From Mytilus edulis (lineage: Eukaryota), in the NCBI RefSeq assembly GCF_963676685.1, contig NC_092351.1, positions 25,358,001-25,422,000 on the forward strand: a DNA stretch of 64,000 bases. Reading direction: 5' to 3'. The position numbers and the translations under genes are program-made. Every line of letters begins with the position of its first letter. Within the stretch, counting starts at the first letter, position 1. Positions 26,470 through 39,800 of this stretch are shown piece by piece. Below the pieces are notes generated by a model, which saw only the letters and a list, made by a program, of their open reading frames with translations, ran no database searches and was not told the origin of the DNA.

Positions 26470-27657
26470 CTTCGGCGAGAGACAATTATCTATTTATTTG
26501 GCGACAAGTCGAAAACAATTTTTTTCTTTCAATTTCAGCATTACATATAGTGGCAGCTGAGGGTGAAACAAACATTTTTTTTCGCAGGGTCAAAAACAAA
26601 TTATTTTTTTCTCCAAAAACTGGAAACAAACTTTTTTTTCCAAAAAAATCCATATCCACCCCCCCCCCCCCCCCCTCCACAGAAAATCAAATGGTTGCCG
26701 CCTTATGTCACAAACTTATTAATTCATCTTGTGTTTATCGTTTACTTTTTTGCAACAAGCGTCTTCCCAACCAACACACAGTTCTCCCATACAATGCCCC
26801 TATAGGTAAGTGAGGACCAAGTGGAAAGGAATGTATTAATCGATGCGTTAAAGTCAGTATAATTCAGTCTTATAAGCAATGACTTCTTGATGATATAATT
26901 TTTTGAAATTTTTGGCTAACAATACATTATCTTGCACCATTGAAAATATGTCAACTAACAATGCATTTCTAATTTTACTATTTCTAAATTTTATGAAAAT
27001 AGTTTTGTTTACCATCGGATGATGTCCGGTTGCCAAGTATAGATAATATTTATTCAACACTAGACTGGTGATATTTTTGTTCTTTTGCAATTTTTTGATG
27101 TTTTTATGCTATAATTTCATTTTAAATGCTTTAAATGCAACTCAACTAATTTTATCGAAACTAATAACCGATTAAAATATTACTAAATTCTACTTTCGCT
27201 TTAATCCGGAAATGAAGAATTGATTATTGGCCTTTCCGAATTGAGGTATCAAACAGGGTGGAAAGTTGCAGTTTTCCTGGTGAAATAGTAGTTGCAAAAA
27301 TTACACACTAGCACACAAAGAATTCTAGAAATATTCTAAATAAAAAAGGCTCGACGTTTCATCACACAATGTAAAATAGAATACAAACATAGCTAAGCAC
27401 TTGGTACATCATGATACTTTATAGCTCTGCAGGAATAACTTATTATACATGTTATAATTTCGATTTTAATTATTGAAAATTGATGGAAGGGAGGAAATAA
27501 TGTATTACGCGCTATATTTCAAATTTTACAATAAGTTATCACCAGAGACTCATGAAGGTGTCTTTCGATTCGGAAAATTATACTGAACCGAAACTTCGAC
27601 ATGTTTTTCTTATAGCAGCACATAGATGTTCAGCCAAAAGAACATACTAGTTTAGCC

Positions 27658-27813
27658 ATGCCAGTGGGTGGCTATTATATACCCCCTAGCCTTAGGAGTA
27701 GACCAGGCATCAATCAGATTTTGAAATATTACCAATATCATAGAGAAACAGAGAATGAGTATAAAAGCTATCTAGAGAAAGAAGTTGCTTTTAAATCAAA
27801 GTATCAAGCTGAG
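27658..27813 (+). CDS. Gene C coding exon 1: MPVGGYYIPPSLRSRPGINQIL...KYQAE
   Basis: gccATG start, GAG|gtaagt donor; homologous to gene B exon 1; too short for the ORF track. Confidence 0.85.
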
Positions 27814-30800
27814 GTAAGTTAAGTGTGTCATGATATCCGAAAAAAAGTATTGCAATAATGTATTTATTATATGAATGCATGCATGTAAATGTATTTTCAG
27901 AAATAGAAGGTGTGACAATAAATTTAGATAGGTATTATTTTGTTTTGGAAAATTATGAATATTATTCAAGACTCAAAATTACTTATTACTACATTTTACT
28001 GATAAATGAACATGATGATATAATCTTGAAATTTCAATGCAGACCCATTAACTGTGTCGGGAAATCATTAAAATGGGAAACGAAAACAAAACGCAAGGAA
28101 CGAAACAAAAACGAAACGAAACAAAACTCAGTGGAAAATTCACAATAGCGAAACGAAACGAAATATACATAACATTCTAAACCGAGTGGTCCTGATTTTG
28201 TTGTAACAATTATCTTAAATAAGATATACGAATAATAGGTTCAACCAGACACTACAGTGTGTGCAACTGGCTAGTTTTACAAGCGATTAGGGCCACTGGT
28301 CCGGCTGCAAATCTATTGGTCCTGCATACATGACATTCATTTGACAAGCACTGATATGAATGATAGATTTTTTTGTTTTATTTCCATGCTTTCTTTTACA
28401 TATGATAGACAAGAAATGCCGAGAGAGTCTCGATCCTGATTTTAATAAAGGCTTCAGTTTGATAATCTCAATGATTTCTTTATCCATATCAGGATCAAGG
28501 ACAGAAAAAATGTCAACGTTGTCTTCCACGTCATCACGACGACCATAGGATGCCTGACTGGGTCGTCTGGAGCGCTGCCCAGAAATGTTCTACATTTTAA
28601 TAGCCGGGACAATTTTTCACATGTTATATAATTCACTATATTAACTTGATCAATTGTAATATTAAGTACCCCCAGTACCGTGCAATTAATTTCGCAGGTA
28701 AATTTGTTTGCAAACAAACCGATATTGCGATACTTTCAGTGAGTTTTATCAAGGATTTGTATAGTATTACTATACAAATCCTTGGTTTTATCGACAAATT
28801 TCCACTGGTCCGCCGGACTAACAGCTGTCAAAATCTACTGGTCTCAGACCACCGGACCAGCGCCAATTTCGACCCCTGGATTGGGCACACATGCATGTAA
28901 CGCTTGTGTTAAAAAAAGAAAGGTATCTCCATCTTAGGTTCCAAAGACGAAGGAATAATACTAGTGAAACATCTGCATCACAAATAGGAAATAAACACCA
29001 GGCCTAAAGATCCTTTCGGTCCAGTTATCATTTTTGGTGGAAGAAGACGTCAAGCCTTCTGAAGACCTATGGGACCGACTTTAACTCATTGAGCCTCCGT
29101 ATGCCGCATTCGTTTCTATGTATTACAATTTCATAACAACTTAAGATTCCTGACACCGATTTTTACACATGATTAAGCATCTGAATCATTTAATTTGTAA
29201 ATTATGATTGAAAAACTATCACTATCGTAAATATGACCTTTTTATTTATGTAAATTAATAGATTTCATCTCATCCACATGAAATCCATGAACGTTATTTG
29301 TTTACTTGTAACCGGATGTTTTTACTGTAGATATTTGTAGTACGCATGCGTGAATTTGGTATCGGGACAACTCGCCCTGTTTACAAGTTCGCCCTTGAAG
29401 TTACGAATTTGCAAAATTTTGCAGACAAGAAGATTTTGTTTTTAATAAATAAAAAGGATCTATTTCTTATTAAATTGGTGTCTTTATTCATTTTTTTCCT
29501 TGTCATGTGATTTAGATACCTTTCTACTTTAAATGGTTTGAATCTATTTGTAAAATTATTCAAGACTCAGTTGAAAAGAGTTACTGTTGGGAGAATTTGA
29601 TTAAACTCTAAATGCTCATAGAATAAGAAATATAATTGAAACTGAATGTACCTCCTTCTGAATAATTTATTGCAATATAAATATCAATCCCTTTTGACAA
29701 GAGAAATCTGACTTTTGTCACAAATTTTTTTTCACATGTGCAAAGGTAATCACGTGTGGCGGCCATATTGGTTTGTTTACAAATATGTGAAGAAGCCTCT
29801 AGAACCATGACCTAAACATAAATAGTCTCTGAAAGCGTAAACTTTATGCAATACTATTTTATCAATCATGATTATTTTCATAAGTATAAATTTGATTATT
29901 TAAAGAAATAAAATTATAACAATTACGATTTTAGATTAGAGATTCTACTCAGACATGCTTTGATTCAAATTCCAAATTAGTTTACCTGTGTGAAAATGTA
30001 AACAATTTGTTTACTAAACAAGTAAAGACAAACTATGGATGGAAGATAATAATTTTCATAAATATTGCAGGACATTTGATTGATTTTAATAAATATAGGA
30101 TTTAAAAACTGCAAGTGGAAACAAATTTAATCATTAGCTACATAATCAGCTCATAATTTTTCTCGCAAACATCGTGGTGATGTAACTGATAAAAATCACT
30201 CCATCAATCCTCCAGCCCTTTCACATATTAAGCAATTAATAGATCTACTTATTATTGTAGAATATTCATTGAATATACATCCATCGTCTAATTGAACAGT
30301 AATTTATTGACATAATACTAGTTGTAACATATTTTATTTTTGTATTCAGGTTGGGACCCCCCCCCCCCCCCCCAATTATGAGTGGTGTCCCTTAAATAAG
30401 GGACTGTTCCTAAAACAAGGGGTCATTTTACTGTTGAAATAAAAGAAAGAACATTTTAAAGATTTTTATTAAACTCAAAAGTGGGAAAATTCTTATATTT
30501 GGAACAACTTTTCTAAATGAGGGGTCAAATTAATAAAGAAGATATAAGTTTAGAAACAACAGAAAACTCTTTTGACATATTTTGACCATTTAGTACTTAA
30601 TAGATGCATAGTTCTTGGGGGAATGTTTCATCAAATAATATAAATAAAAATGTGCTCATTTTTTACAGTGGGTTGTAATGTTCTTCCAATAAGGTTACCC
30701 CTCATTTGGAGTGTTGTTCCCAGCCTGTTAAAGGTCCATCTTTGTGTGCATAATTCAAAATTGGAAATTTCAACAAGCATCTAATATTCTTACGCAAGAA

Positions 30801-33800
30801 AATAAACCCTGATCTGCTAGCTTCATCTCTTCTACCGATTTAATAATTAGAATCATGCAAACAGACTTAAGAAAAAGGCATGTAAGTTCATCATACAAAT
30901 ATGACACTTTTTCTAGACAATCCAGATCGTGCAAAATACTTCGCTTAAAATTGTAACCTTAAAATTGTTGTTGTGCACTAAAAACCCCTATGGGAACTTT
31001 CAAAAGTTGGCGGGTATGTAACCAGCCTTACTATTTTTATGCTCCATTTATGGGCATTATGTTTTCTGGTCTGTCCGTTCGTCCTGCTTCTGGTTATAAA
31101 GTTTATGGTCGAGGTAGTTTTTGATGAAGTTGAAATCCAATCAACTTGAAACTTAGTGCACATGTGTTCCTTATGATATGATCTTCTTAATTTTACTGCC
31201 AATTTAAAGATTTTACTTAATTTTCACAGTCCACTGAACATAGAAAATGATTGTACGGATGGGAAATCCATGTACTTATGACCTTTTCTTGTTTGAAGGA
31301 AAAAAAAACATCATAACGATAATGGAACAAAGCAGCCTGGGTTAGTGGGGCTGCTTTTGTGGTAATTCAGGTTACCTTTTATTCACCTTCTTCCACCTCA
31401 GAGCTATCAGCTCTTTGATTTTTAAAAGTATTACACAATTATCAGTAATTTGGATATTAGACGAAATTTTAGACTCATTTTGTGATATATTTTTAAAACA
31501 TTTGCTTTTATATAAATTTAACAAAATAAAAATTAATGGCACTCTATTAAATTGGATTTCTCACTTTATTCGATCGTAAATAAAAATTCATTTATATTAA
31601 AAAATAATCAGTTGCATAAATTTTCTGATCCCTAATTTAAAACTTAATATCCATTAAGATCACTACTAAGGGTTAATAACATTGCAGTAAAAGATCAAAC
31701 CAAGGATATGTATTGTCATAAATCCTTTTTCAAATACCTGTCCTTTCCGTAAATTTACCGTGTTTTTGTTTTTACCGTGCACCAATGAAAGATTCGATTA
31801 CTTTAAGCTACAATGTATGCTATCATTAACTATACTGTGAGGATGAAAGCGGATTACAAATGATATTTAAGAGACTTTAAGGCTCATTTGATTGGACTAT
31901 AACTATTGGTAATTTTAAGCTGACCTCAATGAATGACCTCCTTGTTTCCGGATCCTATTGATTATTCAGTTGTATTAACAAATTAAAAAAAAAACAAAAA
32001 CGTTTAATTCGAATATGCAATGACCTAATCCAGAATTAACCAACTCTCAACCACCGTCTGCAGTTACATACCTTGTTAGATCTCCTTTTTTGATCTCATC
32101 AATTTCATGGTTGTGCTAACTTCTTATTATTTGACCCTCATCAATAAATTGTGGTCTAATACCATGCAAAATATATAATGTAAAACGTAATTATAGATAT
32201 AAAACAACTGTGGTGATGATTCATCATAATATTATATATTTGATATGTTTAATTGCAAGCAATATAATCATGATAATCTTCATTCTTTTTTCTATTAGTT
32301 CTCAAAGTTTATACGAGAATACAAACCAGAAAAGCCCTTAAATCAGAGCCACCTGAGAACCGATTTGTACAGAGCATTGCGTGAGAGGCAAAGTTCTTCA
32401 AACTATATAGAGGCAGTGTATGAATTTTATTTCTTATTTCGCCTAAGTGAAGAGTACGATCTTCTTGAGATGCAACATAAAAATCAAAATCAGGTTAGTT
32501 TAATTTATATAAATATATACTAGATAAAAACCGGGCGAGCGCGGATTGAATGTTTATGGTGATATATTGCAAACAGCCTCAGTCCGTGTTTCTCAAACAG
32601 TTTCATGCACTGATGAATTATGTTCTTAGTTTGATTAGTTAGTCAATTCTTCTTTTAACGGAGTTTGAATCACAGACACTTGTCTCAGAAAAAAATCCTA
32701 TATACCTTAATAATATGTTAAGGTATATTATAATTTTTTTTTTAGACAAGTGCCTGTCGTTTGAATGTCTAAGTTGTAGCTTCTGTCTCGGTAATGCAGA
32801 TGTGCTCGTAGAACGGAGGAAATAACTGAGAGGAGACGAAGACAACCTAGAACTCTGATGATTAAAACTTTTCTAAGTGGTGCTAGTTTGTAATGGTAGT
32901 ATATTGTTTTTCGAAAGGTGCGAATCAAGTTCTGTCCACAAACACTTGTTTCTTTCCATAGGAAGACCAACTATCAACGTATGATAGTGGGTCTTTAATC
33001 TCATGGATAGAAACAAGTGCCTTCGGTTCTGCCGGTCTCTCTGTGATACAGGTGCTCAAAGAACGGATAACCTACCTAAGAGAAGGTTATCTAGAACTCT
33101 CTGATGACATAAAACATTTCTTCAGGGGTGCATTGGTAGTACTTTTTATCAAGTGGTGCGAATTCCGTCTCTGCGTGACTTGGGTGCTCCAAAAAAGGAG
33201 GAATTTTGCTAATAGAAGAAGAACAAAATCTAATGATTAAAACTTGAGTTTTTTCTATTTCCTTTTTTGAGTGGTTGGAACTTCCAGTTTGATAAAGTGA
33301 ATCTGCTGCAAGTTGTAAGAGTGTTTGAGTGGTGCAAGTTGCAGTGTGGGCCGAGTTGTCATTATTTAAAAAAAAAATGAATACTTTTAGTTACCTAGCG
33401 TGAAAGTGACCTAGCTAATATGATATAATTATATGGGGGTTAGTAAATTCGAATTCCAAATGGGGATTCGCTCGAATTTGTCTTACCGACTATCTAAGCA
33501 TGTGGTATTTACATGTAGAATAGTGGCTTATCAAAGTAATTATATAAGTCTTCAATACTTTGTATTTAATAGGAAACTATAAATTCCCTCACTGAAAAAA
33601 TCGGTTTCATGCAAATAGTTGATGCAGGTCTGCAGCGAACTTGTTGCTGACCTGCAGCGAACATAAAGTAATGTCTGTATTTGCGGCATGTTTGCTACAA
33701 ATACGCTGCAGGTCTGCTGCAAACAATTTTCCATGCAAATGAGTGTTTGCTGCAGACCTGCAGCAAACATTTCTATGCAAATTAATATTTCACCTGCGTG

Positions 33801-36800
33801 TTTGCAACAGACCTGCTGCGTGTTTGCTGCAGACCTGCGACAAACATTTTTTTTCTCAAATAAATCTTTCTCCTGCGTGTTTGCTGCAAATTTGCAGGAA
33901 CTACATACATTATACAATTAACCAATGTCATGTTTGTGTACACATCACATTATATATATTACACAGCAAATTCTGAAAAAGTTAGGTTACTTACATACAT
34001 ACAATAATTCGAGCGTCACTGATTAGTCTTTTGTAGACGAAACGCGCGTCTGGCGTATGTACAAAATTTAGTCCTGGTATCTATGATGAGTTAATTTATA
34101 TTCAAATACTTTATCATTTGCAAAAATATGATAGCAAAATTTTAAACCTTTTTAAATTAATTTAAAGTTTTTTGTTGTTGTTTAAGTACGTGCTCAAATG
34201 ATATTGCATGCATAACTATCTTTTAAAAATACAAAACAAATTATTTAAAATGTATTGTGTAAGACATAATAGTGTCCTATGAAAAAGTGTCCACATGGAC
34301 ACTTTTTCATTGAAATTTGGTAATTAATAATGTCCATTGCCATGGAATGGTGTCTCTCAAAAGGACAGATTTTTACTGCTAACAATATGAAATAGTGTCC
34401 ACTCACAGGACAAATTTTCATAGTAGTTGCTATTAAATTGTGTCCTCCAAGGGAAGTAAAACAAAGGTCATTACAAAGTTTTATTATACTTGAATTTTAA
34501 ATAAAATATGAAGGATTGATGAGAAATTGATCGATATACAAATGTAAACAAATAAAAAATGGATGGAAGTGAATATAGAGAAATTTAAGTTCTAAGAAAT
34601 TCCCAGCAAATGGTAATGACAATAAAAGAATAACAATAAGAAGGAAGTGTAAAATCAAATATGAAGAACTTTATAATATTTATTATGTCAGAGAAGAAAG
34701 CAATTGAAAATAAATAATGTCCATTGCCATGAAATATTGTCTCCTAAGTGGACAGCATTTTACAGCAACAGTTATGAAATATGGTCCATCTGCAGAACAA
34801 ATTTTTGTAGTGAATGTTATTTAATTGTGTTCCTCAAAGAAAAAGAAAATGGAACAGCATCTAACATGTATATAATTATATTAAAATATATAGATATGAA
34901 GATAAGGATGGTATGAGTGCCAATGAGACAATTTTTATGTCAAAGTAACAATTAATTCAAGTTCGTAATTAAAGTTAAAATGCGTCCAGTAATAACAAGG
35001 CAATGGATATCATTTAATACTTTAATCATATCAAAAAATGCCCTGGCGGACACAATGTCCTGTGAAAAAAATGTCCACCTGGACAATATTATAGTAGTGA
35101 ATAATGTCCATGTTCATGGACACTTTTTCAATTGTGGCCATGACACATTTAAATAAGTAAATATTGTCAAAATGTGTCCGGTGGACATTTTTTCATGGAG
35201 GACATTATTAAATTCTACAGGAAAGGACCTTTATCGGGACTCGGGGATCGGGTGTTTTTAATCTCGGGTTTTCGGGATTGACCCTTTCGGGATACGAGAA
35301 TTCTTTTTTCGAATTTCGGGATGTCGGGATTTAAACTTATTTAAATTCGGGACCTCGGGATTTCGTGTTTTAATAAGCCCGGGATTTCGGGATCTGGACC
35401 CCTCCTACAGATCAGCTAAATTATCTATAGTAAAGGATTTTACAAACTAATGTAAGATACAGTCACAGAAATAATTATATTTATAAGTACGTCTGAACTA
35501 GTGACATCTCTACAACAAATTTATCCATCGGATCACCAGCAGTGATGGTGATACCTGGCTGTGTACATTCTGTATATACAACTCGTTTAAACATCAACCT
35601 AACAATGTTAGATCTGTGAATTTGCTTTCGCAAGTTTTTTGTACTTTCCTCGCCGGGATTCGAACCCATGCTACTGAGATATCGTGACAACAAATCGCCT
35701 GCACTGTAACGGGCGCGCTAGACCACACGACCACCTTGGCACTATAAAAATGAAGCTTTCGGTGGCCGGGTGTTATCTTTCCACGTCAGTTTTAATCTAG
35801 CGCCGTACTACAGTACATGATATATAAGGGCATGAAGATGTCATATGTATATAATAAGCGATGCAAGTTGAAGTCTTGTATAAAATCGTACGCATATATT
35901 AGTGAAACAAATATGAAGTCATTATAGTCTATGTTTTTATTCTTATTGATATAAAAGGAGTTCTTAGTTTTAAACGTGGAGTATTTTTATGGACGATTAT
36001 ATCTTGATTTTATTGACAATTATGTCATATCTGTGTTCCAAATGAATATGGATGTGAAACCCTTATCGAAGCTACAAGATTAATAAGCACGAGCATGGCC
36101 GAAAAAAACGACCAACTTAAGTCAATCAAATTATCTAAATTTACGGTCTCTTTAAACATCAACGTCAAAATTATGATGCCCGTTTGTAATAAGGTTTCTA
36201 CAAGTGCATCCATAATATCGAACCAAATTGTTTATTTTTATGAAAACAATAATCAACAGAGAGGCGAAAGATGTCAAAGGAACGTTTAAACTCATAGGAC
36301 GAAAATAAACTGACAACGTCATGTCTGAAAAAAAAAGACAAACAGGCAAACAACAATTCACAAACCATAGCACAGAAAACTGAAGTTTAAGCAATGCAAT
36401 ACGTACGAACCCCAACAAAAATTGGAGGGATCATAGATGATCCGCAAGATCATGCTCCACGTGTTACACCTTTCGTTTTGCTAATGTTAGTACAAACCCG
36501 ATGATAAATTTTATTGTTAGGTCACATACGGGGGGAAGGGAACATGATTGCAGTTACGACAATTGGAACATTTTCGTTGTCATCTGTGAAACAGCTACAT
36601 TGTATTCTATAACGGTTAGCTAACCTGTGAAGGCATCCGTAACTTTTATTAATTATTGCTTCCTAATGACAACCGTGTATCAAGACAATCATGGTAGGAA
36701 TTAAAAGCCCTTGAATATCGTATCAACTGGAAGATATATACCCCATATTATAGGCGCTACTGGAATATTGCTACATAGAAATGGAAAGTTCACAATTTGG

Positions 36801-39800
36801 AAGCTGAAATCTACTCTTTTATAATAAATTTAGTTAAGTTTTTAAGTAAATTGTGATAACGAAATCTGACTAAAGAATTTACTAGCATATATTTCTAAAA
36901 CAGAATAATAAAATGCTTCTTATCACGTAAAACTTTCTTGCCTTGAATTTTGTTATAAAAAAGTTTGAAAACATGAATGAATTCGCTTAAGTTGCAGAAA
37001 AAATAACATTGTAGTTTCTAAAACAGAATAATAAAATGCTTCATAAAACTGTCTTGCCTTGAATTTTGTTATAAAAAGTAGAAAGGTTTGAAAATATGAA
37101 TTAATTCACTTAAGTTGCAGAATAAATACTGTTCCGCTAACGTAAGAAAATCTTACCATGTTATGTGGACAAATCTGGTCACCTTCCTTTTTAGTTCATT
37201 TGATTCGTAGATTTTTTTATGAGTAAAAGTGGTGATTATCACATTTGTGTTTGAACAACAGTAAACTACTATTGTTTCTCATTTACAAGATATATACCAG
37301 TATTTATTAGCGTATGTTGTATACATATCATCCTTAACATATACGAAATATGTGACACTGACTTGACGTTAGGTAAATAATCAATTGTATATCAAATGTG
37401 TAAAACCATTATGTTAATATTTATTAAAGCATATGTCGGCAACAGTTGGCACTAACCAGCAACCTGCAGTCTCACAGTCAAGAGTTTCGAACTTAGCAGC
37501 TACTGTTCATACAACTGGAAGACAACAAAGTGTTGATTCTGCATTTCCACAAAATCACAATAATGTTAAAAGCATGGAAGAAGAAAACGCAAGACTAAAA
37601 GTATTAGTTGATAAGCAAGGCCAAGATATAATTTCGTTACAGAAAGCGAACAGAGACAACGAGCGGGTTATCGATGAATTAAGAAACAGGTACGTGTTCA
37701 CTTGATACATTTATTTCTATTGTAGTGAGAAGATATTCACTGTTTACACAGTTTATATAGTTATTTCATTGGTTATAGTAATAAGCCAGAATTATAGGTT
37801 TCATTACGAGTAAGAGTTGGATATCGCTTGATATGAGCTCGAGTTATTTAATTTCAAAACTATGATAAACGAGCCTTGTTGAAATAAGAAAAAAGTGAGA
37901 ATTTATATCAAGCGATATCCAATCCTCAAAAATTCTGTATTTGACCCCCCCCCCCCCCCCCCCCCCGGAGCGAAACATTTTTTTGTCTTTTGCACACATA
38001 AACATTTTGACACAATGAGTCTGTTTCTTGTGTCAACCATTAACAACTGACGCTTTAAAGTCTTTTTTTTCGTTCAAGAGTAGAATACAATATATTTTCT
38101 AATGATACATTTGAACGTTTTATATATAATTGACGACATTACAAATTACTGTTTCCAAGGGTGAAACGTAGTCCAATGAAAGTGATGCACTCAAATTGAC
38201 TTAACGAATTTTCAATAGAAATTTAAAAATTGCGTTACACTCTACAAAATAAGACAATGAGAGTAAAGTATTTGTCGTATTATTTAGGGAACGACCATTT
38301 GATATTCTGAAGGGACAAGGGGGATTTGTTTTGGCTCGGTTATTTATTTTTCTAAACTAAGAGGACATATTATTTATTTTATGCACTGTTGAAGCAAGAT
38401 TTTTCGTTTTCATTAAAACAAAGGACTGATTATTTATTTTCACAACTATATTTAAAATATTTGAAAACATACAATTTTTAAATTCACTAAAATGATACAC
38501 ATATAAGCGAGTCAAAATGTACCATTTAATCAGAATTAATCATCATCCTCTGCAAAAATGAATCTTCTGATTTCCAACTGCATTTGCCATGTACACATGT
38601 ATTGCATATATACATGGCATTAAATTTGGGCTGTAACTAGACTCTTTTAAAAGTTGTTATGCCGATCGGAGCGAGGCTTAAAAAAATTACTTAGGTATTG
38701 GGAGCCACTAAAGGCCCCGAGAAGCTATAGAACAAATGATGCAAAATCATGCTTTCCGGGCGTTTCCCAGACCCTTTCTTAGTCTTGAAACGCAAGTTCT
38801 GTTTAAAAAGTTTTTGACAATATTTGGGTCTCAAAGCATAATGTATCTAGATATAGTGTAAGACTTAAGTTTTAAGGGCCAACATCAAAATACAAATGTG
38901 TAGGATAACGCAAAAATGTAATTCACATATTTAAGTATGTGGCTGCTGTTTTGGTATGTTTTTTTGGGTGTTTATGCTTACATAATTTAAATCTTTTGCA
39001 CCTGTAAGTCATAATATGTTTCTATATAAAATTAAGCCAAGAGGGGGCTGAATATCACTGATACAAATATGCCAAGTAAGTTTTTATAACATATTTCAAT
39101 TACAACTTGATTAACTCCTAACTGGGATACAATTTAAAGTACAAGTTAAGTTGTAAAAATTAGCTAAAAGTCTTAAATAAAATAGAACTCATGATCAAGT
39201 TTAAAACAAAATTACTTAATTACAAAAGAAATGAAACTCTCAGAGAATACAGAAGGGTAATCAATGAACAAAAGACAAACCCGGGAACAGATAAAACAAG
39301 AAACAATAACACAAATATCACATGAAACATGGACCGTGAAAAAACAGGGGCTAAGTCCGAGAACGGAACTTTCTTGCATGACAATCGCCGTGAAAACAAT
39401 TTGATAAGGAGACAAGCTTTTGGTTTTGAATTTTCCTACATAAGGCAATTGCCTAAATGGAGTTACGACCCTTTAATAAAAAGTGAGGTAAGTGTTCCAG
39501 AGAATATAATAAAATAAAACCTATTTTCAGACATTTGAATAATATTTTTCTTTTATAATTAAAAGATTTGGGAAGTGTTCCCCGATTATTTTTTCGAAAA
39601 AAGATGTGATTTTGTGAAGAATCTGGTGCAATCTCATACTTTTGAATAACATTCTTAAAATTGCTTAAAAGACTTGTCGAGTTAGTTATTTTCATTAATT
39701 TGTAAGTCGGATTATTTATTTTCAAATTTCCATTTTTTTGGTGATTTTCAAGGCTGAATTATTTTTTTAAATCCTCCTCCCACCTCCCCTCACCAAACCC

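Noticed and set aside
28075-28163. Cluster of GAAAC motifs resembling ISREs
   Set aside because: Looks like an (acgaa)n low-complexity or transposon subterminal repeat.
28256-28877. Possible hAT-like element with short - strand ORFs
   Set aside because: TIRs are very imperfect, no TSD, and no recognisable protein motif.
29364-33361. gacaactcgccc ... gggccgagttgtc as the ends of one large element capturing gene C exon 2
   Set aside because: Short imperfect match with no TSD; exon 2 is ancestral since it is homologous to gene B exon 2.
35648-35740. tRNA gene on the - strand
   Set aside because: A and B boxes are present but the acceptor stem does not pair; treated as a SINE head.
39329-39487. 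Possible extra gene C exon ending at GAG|gtaagt
   Set aside because: Inside the Harbinger-like element, with no counterpart in A or B; exons 3 and 4 already join in phase.
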